A stretch of DNA of 46,931 nucleotides. Origin: Reclinomonas americana ATCC 50394. Its lineage: Eukaryota. The stretch is from positions 213,424 through 260,354 of the forward strand of contig PS015030.1 in assembly GCA_048213135.1 (NCBI GenBank), read 5' to 3'. Positions within the stretch are counted from its first letter, which is position 1. Each line of letters begins with the position of its first letter. The notes beneath the pieces are model-generated. The model was not told the origin of the DNA. It saw nothing but the letters and a program-made list of their open reading frames with translations, and made no database searches. The position numbers and the translations under genes were made by a program. Positions 37,018-46,931 of the stretch are shown one piece after another.

Positions 37018-38176
37018 ATGACAACGATTCGCGCGCTTCTGTTGGTGGCGGTGCTGGTGGTTGTGGCGGCTGTGGTGGCCATCGCTCGTGCCGAGGAGGT
37101 GCACGTGGATGGTGAGCAACAAACGCGCACTCTGTCTCCAAAAAGTGAGTGATCTCTCACATTGTGTGCGCAGAGGAGACTGCGTCGTTTGAGGCGGCTG
37201 TGGCTGGTTTGTGGAGCGATGAGAAGGTGGAAGGGAGGAGAGGAGAGAGAGAGAAGGGAAAGGAGAGGATGAGTGAGAGAGGGAGACAGGACTTGAGAAG
37301 GCGGGTTGTTGANNNNNNNNNNNNNNNNNNNNNNNNNNNNNNNNNNNNNNNNNNNNNNNNNNNNNNNNNNNNNNNNNNNNNNNNNNNNNNNNNNNNGAGA
37401 GAGAGAGAGAGAGAGAACGACAGGCACGCACCAAGGAGGGAAAGAATGAGAGAGCAAAGGCAGTGAAGGGGAGCACAGCGATTCTCTTTCTTTCTCTCGC
37501 CCGCGAGACAGTTGATATTATTCCCGCCCTTCCCTCTCTGCATTGTCTCCCACCCTCTCGCAAAGCCTGCTTCTTTGTGTGTCATGTCTCTTGGTCTCAC
37601 CACACATAAGCGATGGCTGCTGTTGCTCCCCCAAGAGACAGATGAACGACGCTGGCAGGCTCGTGATGTCGATGCAACAAGAGAAAGAGAGAGCATAAGG
37701 GGAGCATGGCGACCTCCGTTGAGACCAAGACATATTGACAGGAAAACAGGTGCTGTCGCATCTGGTGCTCACCTTTCTACCCCTTTCCCCTCCCGCAGAG
37801 CTCAACAACGAGCTTACCGAGGACGGCGTTGTCGTGTTCGCTGGTTCGCCAGTCATCGCAGCTCTCCCCTCCTATGTGTTACTCATCCTCTCGCTTTGCT
37901 CCACTCACAGAGGCCAAGGAAGAGGAGGCAGAGGAGGAGGAGCAGCCGGCGGCTGAAGACCTCGCGCAGTGGCACATGGAGACGCAGGCGGCGACGGAGG
38001 AGAAGCAGGAGGGCGAGATCATCACCGAGGCGGCCGAGACTGAACAGTTTGCCGAGTTGTTCGGCTGGTTCAAGCGCCACAAGAAGGACAAGAAGGGCAA
38101 GAAGGACGACAAGAAGAACAACCAGAAGAACAATGGTGGCAAGCGCCCGCGCCACCATCTCCGCCACGGTGTGTAA
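37018..38176 (+). CDS. Secreted prepropeptide-like protein (at least 145 aa): signal peptide, acidic pro-region, highly cationic C-terminus
   Basis: Exons 37018-37111, 37174-37206, 37799-37843 and 37911-38176, all joined by phase-1 GT-AG introns; signal MTTIRALLLVAVLVVVAAVVAIARA; tail LFGWFKRHKKDKKGKKDDKK...RHGV*. Confidence 0.75.
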
Positions 38177-38900
38177 ACGGTGAGAGACGTCTGAAGGAGG
38201 AGAAGGCCGCACTCAGTGACACAGTGCGAGCGAGAAGCAACTGGTGATGCCTGAGTGAAGTGCGAGACTCATGCATTTGTAAGGAGCAGATGCCGGGAAG
38301 CAACATCAACAAGCTGGTCTTGTTGCTTGCTCTTCTCGGATTCAGCCGTAAGCACGAACAACTGTAGCACACGTGCGCACAGCAACAATTCGTTCACCAT
38401 GGCCAGCAGGCAAGCAGCAGCTAGTGTCGAAAAACTGCGATCTGCAGTGCAGCAGCGTGGTTGCACACCTCTACTTACTCACTACCATTGAGAGTGCTGT
38501 CAGTATGACGCAGGAAGAAGTGTGGTTCAGCGCAGCGGGCGAATAAAAACATGTACACGAAGTCCAGAGTGCTCTCCTGATCGGTTCGCTTCTGCAAACC
38601 TACGGATATCGGAGAGCACAGCCACTGGGTCGGTACTCTGGATCTATCACCGCACGCAGAAGCCTCGCGTTGCGGTTTCAGTAACGCATGCGTTGTCGAC
38701 GTCGACGTCGTAACAACTTTCATCAAGTGTAATTGCAGATGCATCTCTGTTTCCAAAGGAGTCTTCCTATCTAGCACGCATACGCACAGAACGGCCACCA
38801 TCGTGCTGCCTCTATCCACTTTGGTTCGAGCAGGACAAGAATTGTACTTGGCGGAATTTGGGAGGGGTTTGCATTCGCCGATCTCACAAAGGAAGAGCGC

Positions 38901-39305
38901 ATGTCAAAAGTCGTCGTGAAAAGTGCCAACGTGCTCAACAATCCGTCGACAGTCGACGCCAACTTTCAACTGCAACTGCGAGTGGAGGCGATTGAGGCGT
39001 TGCCGGAGGGTGAGGAAGAGAGGAAGAGAGAGAGAGAGACGAGTGAGGAAAGGGAGTGAGAGAGATACGAGTGAGGGAAGGGAGAGAGAGCATGCCTTCG
39101 AGAGCACAGCAGGGAGGAGAGAGAGGAGGAGAGCGCGAGTGAGAGACTGGGAGAAGTGAGGTCTGAGAAGTGAACACGATGATGGTGCAGTTCTTTGTGT
39201 AGCGCTGTTGGCAGAGAGAGAGAGGAGGGGGGGAAGAAGGAGAGAGGGAGGGAGCGAGGAAAAACTGAGAGAAAGGGAGATGTAGGGAGAGCAGTCACTT
39301 CAGGA

Positions 39306-39339
<34 letters not shown>

Positions 39340-39896
39340 GTTCTGTGCGATGCAGCACGAGTGAGCAACCCTTTGTGCAGCATTGAGAAACAAGAGAGAG
39401 AAACTGAGAGGGAGATGTGCAAACCTTTGTGCACTTCTGTAGGATGGGTGTGTGAGGGAGAGAAAGGACGAGATCTGGAGACAGCAGCGCAGTGCTGTGC
39501 ACAAGAGTGAGCAACCCGTTGTGCAGCGTTGTCGAGCAAGAGAGTGAGGCACGGAGAGGCGAAGATCGAGAGATAGATCTGGAGACAAGTGCAGAGTTGT
39601 GCGAGAGTGAGGCATTGGGGAGGAGAGATAGATCTTGAGACGGCAGTGCAGAGTTTGTACAGCAATGCAGAAAGGGGAACAAGCAAGAGAGCGCCTAAGG
39701 CACAGACAAGTCCCTCTCTCACTCTTCTCTCCCGTCCTCCATTCCTTCACTCCGCATTTCTCTGACACTGCTGAGACGCACAGATGTGGTGTTCAGGTTT
39801 CACTACTTGACGGGATCGTCCAAGTCGGGAGACATACCATTGGATGAGATCCCGGTGGGACCGATTCAGCAGGGAGTGTTGGAGTTTGTGTTGGAT
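38901..39896 (+). CDS. ASF1: ASF1-like histone H3/H4 chaperone, N-terminal two exons only (38901-39009, 39784-39896)
   Basis: MSKVVVKSANVLNNPSTVDANFQLQLRVEAIEALPE|DVVFRFHYLTGSSKSGDIPLDEIPVGPIQQGVLEFVLD aligns by eye with ASF1 MAKVQVNNVVVLDNPS...[27 protein letters not shown]...DQVLDSVLVGPV..G...FVF. Downstream exons were not found. Confidence 0.75.
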
Positions 39897-39969
39897 GTTG
39901 CGTGGAGGGGTTTATGGGAGGGAGGGGGCGGAGGGTGGAGAAGATCTTTGAAGAGGAGAGAGAAGAGAG

Positions 39970-42430
39970 AAGAGAGGAGACATCTCCGCTGGTGGAATCG
40001 ACACGGATGGCGATCAATGCGTCAAAGTGGCTCCTTTGGCGTGCAGTGCATCCTGTCGCGGATGAGAGGCTTTGTTGACGCAGGAGGCTGTTGTCAGAGA
40101 GTTGCATGGCAAGAATCCGATTGAGATAAGAGAAGTTATCACGTGCCGCGTTGCACACGAGTCTTGTCTTCGCTCAGGCATTCTCATTGTTGCATGCCAT
40201 GGAGATAGAAAGAGGCAAGTGAGCTAAATCTGAGCACTGCGTACAAAGTGTGCAATACCGAGAGAGAAAAGGAGAGCGAGACGAGGATCTTGAGCTATGC
40301 TCACGAGTAAGGGCAATGCTGTGTGTGTGAGAGAGAGAAAGTTGGGAGACAAGAGAGTTGATCTTGACCACTGCTTCCAATCACGTGTTATACTGATAGA
40401 GGTCGATGTTTAGCATACTTTCAATCACGTGCAATGCTGAGAGAGAAAAGGAGAGAGAGGATCTAGAGCACTGCTGGAGAGAGAAGGGAGTGGATGCCTA
40501 GCTCTTTGCTCAATCAAGTGCAATTCTGAGAGAGAGAACGAGATGGAAGGAGAGACAGAGAAAGAAAAGGAGGGAGAGGCGATGTTGAGTATAGTTCTGC
40601 ATGGGCGATGCTGACAGGGAAGCACAGAGAGAGAGAGAGTCGATCTTGAGAATGCTTTTAATCATGTGCAGTGCTGAGAAAGGAGAGAGACGATTTAGAG
40701 CACTGCATTCGAGCAGAGCGATGCACGGAGAGCGCGCGCGAGAGAGAGAACGAGGGAGAGAAGGGAGTCGAAATGAAGCACTGCTTTCGGGAAGGGGGGT
40801 GCAGCGCTGAGGAGAGAGGGACGTGTGAGTTCTTGAGTTCTCCTCTCGAGCAGAGGCATGCTGAGGGAGACAGGGAGAGACAGGGAGAGATTGAGTCGAA
40901 TCGAGCGCTGATTACGAGCAAGGGTAATGCTGAGGAAAGAAAGAAAGAGAAAAGAGAGAGGAATTTGAGTACTGCTTTCGGATATGGGTACTGCTGAGAG
41001 GGAGAGAGAGAGAGAGGAGGGAGGACATGTGTAGTTCTTGAGCAATGCTGTCGNNNNNNNNNNNNNNNNNNNNNNNNNNNNNNNNNNNNNNNNNNNNNNN
41101 NNNNNNNNNNNNNNNNNNNNNNNNNNNNNNNNNNNNNNNNNNNNNNNNNNNNNNNNNNNNNNNNNNNNNNNNNNNNNNNNNNNNNNNNNNNNNNNNNNNN
41201 NNNNNNNNNNNNNNNNNNNNNNNNNNNNNNNNNNNNNGAGAGAGAGAGAGAGGAGACATCTCCGCTGCTGGAGTCGACACGGATGGCGATTAATGCGTCA
41301 AAGTGGCTCCTGTGGCGTGCAGTGCAGCGGGCCGCAGAGGAGAGGCTTTGTTGGCGCAGGAGGCTGTGGTGAGAGAGTTGCATAACAGGAATGAGATTGA
41401 GTTTAGAGAATATGTCATGTGCCGCGTGGCGTAAGAGTCTCCGCCCGCTCAGGCATGCTCATTGTTGCATGCCATGGAGATAGAAAGAGGCAAGTGAGCT
41501 AAATCTGAGCACTGCGTATAAAGTGTGCAATGCTGAGTGAGAAAAGGAGAGTGAAACGAGGATCTTGAGTTCTGCTCACGAATAAGGGCAATGCTGTGTG
41601 TGTGAGAGAGAAAGTTGAGAGACAAGAGAGTTGATCTTGACCACTGCTTCCAATCACGTTTAATACTGAGAGAGGTCGATGTTTAGCATGCATGCTTTCA
41701 ATCACGTGCAATGCTGAGAGAGAAAAGGAGAGAGAAGATTTAGAGCACTGCTGGAGAGAGAAGGAAGTGGATGCCTAGCTCTTCGCTCAATCTAGTGCAA
41801 TTCTGAGAGAGAGAACGAGACGGAAGGAGAGACAGAGAAAGAAAAGAAGGGGGAGGCGATCTTGAGTATAGTTCTGCATGGGCGATGCTGACAGGGAAGC
41901 ACAGAGTGAGAGAATGCTTCAATCATGTGCAGTGCTGAGAAAGGAGAGAGACGATCCAGAGCGCTGCATTCGAGCAGAGCGATGCACGGAGAGCGCGCGC
42001 GCGCGCGAGAGAGAAGAGAGTCGAAATGAAGCACTGCTTTCGGGAAGGGGGGTGCAGCACTGAGGAGAGAGGGACATGTGAGTTCTTGAGTTCTCCTCTC
42101 GAGCAGAGGCATGCTGAGGGAGACAGGGAGAGACAGAGAGATATTGAGTCGAATCGAGCGCTGATTACGAGCAAGGGTAATGCTGAAGAAAGAAAGAGAA
42201 AAGAGAGAGGAATTTGAGTACTGCTTTCGAGAGAGAGAGGGGGGGACATGTGAGTTCTTGAGCAATGCTGTCGCAGTGCAATGCTGAGAGAGACAGTGAG
42301 AGAGTGAGGAGGGAGTCGATCTTGATCACTTCGCTCAATCGCATGTGATGCTGAGAGAGAGAGAGAGAGAGAGGGACGTGAAAGTTCTTGAGCACTGCTT
42401 GCGAGCCGAGGCAGTGCTGTGAGAGAGAGA
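39970..42430. repeat. Tandem duplication of a ~1.2-1.3-kb unit built from degenerate GA-rich subrepeats
   Basis: catctccgctg at 39981 and 41257; gttgcatgccatggagatagaaagaggcaagtgagctaaatctgagcactgcgta at about 40190 and 41465; recurring gatcttgag / gttcttgag / caatgctgagag motifs. Confidence 0.85.
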
Positions 42431-42552
42431 ACGANNNNNNNNNNNNNNNNNNNNTCACTCACTCACTCACTCACTCACTCACTCACTCGCTCACCCTTTC
42501 ATTTCCCCTCTCCCCTCCCTTCCCCCCATCTCCCCTCTTCTCACTCACTCAC

Positions 42553-42972
42553 CGCTGCACCACCTTGAACCCCAACCGCTCCAACCGCGCCACCGCCTCC
42601 TCCACTGCACTCTCCTCCACCGCCTTGGCATCAAACAACAGCTTGGCGTTGTGCTTGACGACCTTCGCCTCCTCCTCCGAGCGCGTAATCACCGCCGCAG
42701 CTCCGCGATGAACCTCGGCGACACCGCCTTCCTCGCGCACGCGTGTGAGCAGAGCCTCGTCGCCAATGAACTCGTTGAAGACCTGGTGTGTGGGGGGAGG
42801 GAGTGAGAGTGAGGTGGGGAAGGGTTTAGTGATGCTGCTGCTGATGTACCTCGAGAAGCATTCTCAAATGTGAATGACTGTGACAGATTGGACTTCTGCA
42901 GGACGACCAAGTCGAAGTGAGGTTGCGCTCAGTTGGAAGCTCTAGAGCTTTGTGTCTTCCTCTCCTTGACAT
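42553..42972 (-). CDS. Partial hypothetical protein (exon 42782-42553; possible upstream exon 42972-42850); 3' part not found
   Basis: CAG acceptor, GC3-rich exon VFNEFIGDEALLTRVREEGG...LERLGFKVVQR, then a GTGAGT donor and an N-gap. Confidence 0.4.
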
Positions 42973-43305
42973 CAAACAGCCAGCGGCAATTCCTGCCCTT
43001 AACTGCTGTCATCCATGACTGTGAACTTCTGCAGGTACGTCCCGAGTGTTCGTGGCATGCATATGCGCAGGTTGGCAGGTTGCACTGCAGTTGGCGACAC
43101 CGTTGGCCTTATGCAGTGGCATCTCGGCCCTTGATTTGTACTGCTGCAAACATGGCAGGAACTTCCCGAGTGTTCGTGGCAGGTTGGCAGGTTGCACTCA
43201 GCTTCCTTGTGTCTTCCTCTCCTTGACATCAAACAGCCAGCGGCAGCTCCTGCCCTTGACTGCTGTCATCCATGACTGTGAACTTCTGCAGGTACGTCCC
43301 GAGTG
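42951..43305. repeat. ~98-bp near-identical direct repeat (257-bp offset) with smaller internal duplications
   Basis: tgtgtcttcctctccttgacatcaaacagccagcggca...ctgcaggtacgtcccgagtg at 42951 and 43208. Confidence 0.85.
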
Positions 43306-43314
43306 ATCCAAACT

Positions 43315-46300
43315 TCAATACAGCTGCACAACCTTGACCCTCGTCTCTCTCCACCATTCCTCTCCTTCGACTATATCATCCATCTGCTTCATCAACTACA
43401 TAGCACCACCCTTTCCCTTCCTTCTCCCATCTCCCTTCCCCCAAACTCCCTCATCATTCCTCCCTTGCGATTATTCAATGATATCTCCTCACCACCTCAT
43501 CCAGCTGCTGCATCAACTGCGCCACCACACCTCAGTAAGCATCACCGCCCTTTCCTTTCTTCTCCCTTCCCCCATCTCCCCCTCACCTGCGGCGCATACA
43601 CCTCCCACCTCCTGTTGACCTCCACCAAGTGCTCCTCAATCAGCGCCAGCCGCGTGGCCAGCGTCTTCTCGGCTTTCCGTCTCGCCACCGTCAGTGTCAT
43701 GCACACAAACTCCACCACTGTGTCGCCACACTTTATCAGCGCAAGGCAATGCCCCTTCCCCTCCCCCCCTCCTCACACCGCCACGCAACATGGATGATCA
43801 TCCTGCGTCTTGCCCGTGCGCACATTGAAGAACGACCGCTGACCCGTGCGGCGATTCACGCTCGGAATCTGCCGCCCTCATTTTCTCAGTCACCACTCAC
43901 TTCTCTCTTTCCCAAACATCGCCCCCACTCACCCACTCGGGATCCAACGGCGCACTGAAAATGCGCTGCTTGGTGGCCTTGGACCACCGCCGGAACGTCC
44001 GCTCGAAATCCACCTTCTCCCTCTCCAACTCTGCCGCGCAGTGCTCCCTCTCGCGCATCATCGCCACCGACGTGGTCATGAGCTGGCGGTTCGCCGGACG
44101 CATGTGCTGCACGAATCCGGCACGGTCGCGCCACGCCGCCCGCAAGCGCGCACGCCGCCACAACCGAGCACGCGCCACCACAAACCACCAACGATGTCGC
44201 CGTACCAGCGCTCGCCGCCACACGCTCTGCACCAGCAGCACCTGTCGATGCCACTGCCGGAGTCGTGGCAGCCACTGCTGCGCGCGACACACGCACCCGC
44301 GCCACCACGCCTGTATGCGCACACATGCGTTGCACTCTGCCGGGCTCCGGAGGTGATGCTGCTGCTGCTGCTGCTGCGCCTCCACGCACTGCGCCACCCA
44401 CCGCGCCCGGCGACGAACAGCCTCGCGCGAGGCCGCCAGCAGCTCGCGCCGCCGCCGCGCCGCCTGCGCCACCAGTCGTCGACGAAAGCGCGTGCGACGC
44501 CACCACCTTTGCAGTTTCAGCAGCGTGTATTTCAGGCGGAGAGTGGACACGCCGTAGAGGGCGGCGGCCGAGGGAAAGGCGGAGAGGAGGCGCACGAGCG
44601 AGGCGCTGGTGTGTGTGGCGGTGGCATGGAGGCGGCGAGAGACGGCCAGAGTGCAGCGGGCGAGAAGAGTGTGGAATTCGGCGCGCGCTTGGGAGATGAA
44701 CTCTGCGCGAGGGTGGAAGGGGAAGGGGATGAGGAAAGGAAGGGGAGTGGGCAAAGGAGGGGAGGAGACGAGACGACAAATGGGCAAAGCAAGGATGCGG
44801 GGCAGGAAAGGAAAGATCTATTCCCCCTCACGCAACCACTGATAACCACAGCGCCGGGAACAGCACTGGCATCACCACCACCCTCGTCGCTCGCCGCCGT
44901 CCCCGCGAGCGGATTCGCAGGCGTCGATGGCCGCCCACCCACAGCCGAGGCCGGTCGACCACCGCCACCGGCCGCCGACGAGGCCACCGAGGCATTGGCC
45001 GCGTCGACCAGCTTGCGCACCGCCTTCAGCACCTTCATTAATCGCTGCCCGAGTTCCTGCGTGTCGGGCTCCAGTTCCACTTGCACACCGTCCCACACAT
45101 GCGCATTCTGCGGCGACAGCGGCACGCCGTCGCTCCCCACACTGCTTGGTGGTCTCAGATGTTGCTGTCGAAATGAAGACGAAGAGGCAGCCGACGCTGG
45201 CCGGCTGCTGCTGCTGCTGCTGCTGCTGGATGAGAGTGTCTGCCGCAGGAGCGCCAGCTGGTTCTGAAAGGCGTGATGTGAGATGCTCGAGTCGGCGGCC
45301 TTGGCGGAAGTACGTGATGTCATGTCAGTGCTGCCGACGCTGTCGATGAGGAGTGGGTTGTCGTGCGAGGCCACAGCGGTGACCGGGCTCAGCTGAGATG
45401 GCGAGCGTGACTGTGTGTTGGTGAGGGTGAAGAGTTGCTCCAGAGCTGAGTCCTCGCGCTCTGCGACGAGAGGGGAAGGGAGATCAGGCAACGGGGGCGG
45501 TAGTAACTCGTTCCTGTTGTTAGAGTACCTCTCCTCCATTGCTCCTGCAACCTCGCCGTCTCCACTTGCACCTCCGTCAACTCCTTCTCCGGCTGCGTTG
45601 CACGGGTAGTGAGGGATATGAGAATGGGGGAGGTGAGTGGGAAGCGAGAGGAGGGCTCTGGAGACAGACGAGCGTCGTACTGACTGCAGATCACCCAAGG
45701 GAGGAAGAGAAGAGAATGAGGAGGAGAGTGGGAAGCGAGAGGAGGGCTCTGATGACAGAGGAGCTTCTTTCTAACCGCAGAGTGGTGAGCGACTACCCAC
45801 GGGAGGAGGAGAAGAGAATGAGGGTGGTGAGGAAGGCAAACGAGAGGAGACTGGGAAGCGTGAGGAGGGCTCTGGAGACAGAGGAGCTTCTTACTGACTG
45901 CAGATCACCCAAGGGAGGAAGAGAAGAGAAGAGAATGGGGGTGGTGAGGAAGGCTAAGGGGAGGAGAGTGGGATTCGAGAGGAGGGCTCTGGAGACAGAG
46001 GAGCTTCTTTCTAACCGCAGAGTGGTGAGCGACTGCCCGCCCGCAGTCCAGGCGAACTTCTACTCTGCCGTACTCCTTCTCTTTCCCCCCATCTCAACCT
46101 GCATACCATCTCTATCTCTTGCAAAGCCGTTACGGAGATTGAAGAGAGCGAAGAGCAAAGAGAGATAAGCAAGAAGTGAAGAGAGAAAGTTGCTTTAAGC
46201 AGCTCACTCTTCTCCTCTCTCATCACGAGAGAGGATGCCTTGTGGCTCTCTCTTGTCCGTGAAACGCAACAATCGCCGCCAACTCCCTCCCACTCTGCTT

Positions 46301-46443
46301 GCGCGCGAACCCGAGTCGCGTCAGCTCATCGACCACCACGCGCACTTGCAGAGCTCGATGCACGGCGGTCGACACCAGTGAAGGCGAGGAGGAGTCTTGT
46401 TGATCCACAGTCATCGATTGCATAACGTGCGAGACGCGGAGGG
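43315..46443 (-). CDS. IQ-motif (calmodulin-binding) and WW-domain protein with a low-complexity middle region; 5'-partial
   Basis: IQ-like LLKLQRWWRR, VRIQAWWRGCVCR and LLVQSVWRRALVRR; spliced WW-like LDPEW|IPSVNRRTGQRSFFNVRTGKTQDDHP; a coiled segment follows. Introns 44836-44703, 43932-43869 and one starting at 43789 are frame-consistent. Confidence 0.7.
45635..46034. repeat. Intronic tandem repeats (about 240-bp higher-order period) in the IQ/WW gene
   Basis: gaggagggctctggagacagaggagcttct recurs; ctaaccgcagagtggtgagcgact at 45771 and 46011; actgactgcagatcacccaaggga twice. Confidence 0.75.
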
Positions 46444-46931
46444 CTGTAGGAGGGAGAAGAAGAAGGGAATGGGAGGGAGAAGGAGACAAGGAGTGAGTGG
46501 ATGCATGGCTTCCTGTGTCACTGTCTCTCTCTCTCTCTCAGTATGTGTGTGTGAGAGAGAGTGAGTGGATGAAGAACGAGAATGCAGAGAGATCCAGGCA
46601 AGACAGGAGACAAAGAGTGAGAGAGGAGAGAGAGAGAGAGAGTGGATGAAGAACGAGCATGCAGAGAGATCCAGGCAAGAGATTTGAGAGACAGGAGATA
46701 AAGAGCGAGAGTGAGGAGACAACGAGTGAGAGTGAGAGTGAGCGAGAGCTCTCCAAGAGGATTTTCCCAGTTCTCAATCTTACTCTTGACAAGATCTCTG
46801 CATTCTCGCTCACTCTCTCCCTCAGACACACACACACACTCTTCTCTCTCTCTCTCTCTCTCTCACTCACACACACACTCACTCACTCACTTTCTTTCTC
46901 TCACTCTCTCTTCCCCTTCTCTCAATCACTT

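Noticed and set aside
38200-38890. Short ORFs between the peptide precursor and the ASF1-like gene
   Set aside because: Frames are interrupted by stops with no motif; likely UTR or promoter sequence.
39980-40110. Plus-strand reading SASCRG*EALL as the missing ASF1 exon 3
   Set aside because: In-frame stops in both repeat copies, no pyrimidine-rich acceptor, and the similarity is too short.
39970-42430. Repeat-spacer pattern as a CRISPR-like array
   Set aside because: Eukaryotic context; motifs are degenerate and variably spaced, spacers are GA microsatellite, and there are no cas genes.
1-46931. Alternative genetic code or stop-codon readthrough
   Set aside because: The apparent in-frame stops I examined in conserved genes are removed by GT/GC-AG introns, and TAA, TAG and TGA all appear as terminal stops.

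Overview
Intron-rich genomic DNA from a microbial eukaryote, with (GA)n/(CA)n microsatellites and many N-gaps; the species cannot be identified from this window. All gene models were built by hand from GT/GC-AG boundaries and reading-frame continuity, with no RNA or database support. About 11 spliced genes are supported. Two are large paralogous secreted proteins on the minus strand (<1-11579 and 25654-33542) in which whole NHL beta-propellers sit inside split fibronectin-III-like domains, followed by Ig/IPT, cadherin-like or PAN/Apple modules. The others are a small AT-hook protein, a SIKE/FGFR1OP2-like coiled-coil protein, a divergent DDB1-family protein, a cluster of tiny spliced genes missed by the ORF track (64 aa; 52 aa with an MGASQS myristoylation motif; a ~145-aa signal + acidic + cationic peptide precursor), the 5' half of an ASF1-like gene, a gene fragment and an IQ/WW protein. 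The most striking window-wide signal is a recurrent shifted 5' splice-site class, GTTGCGT/GTTGAGT, used by about 19 modelled introns across 8 genes.
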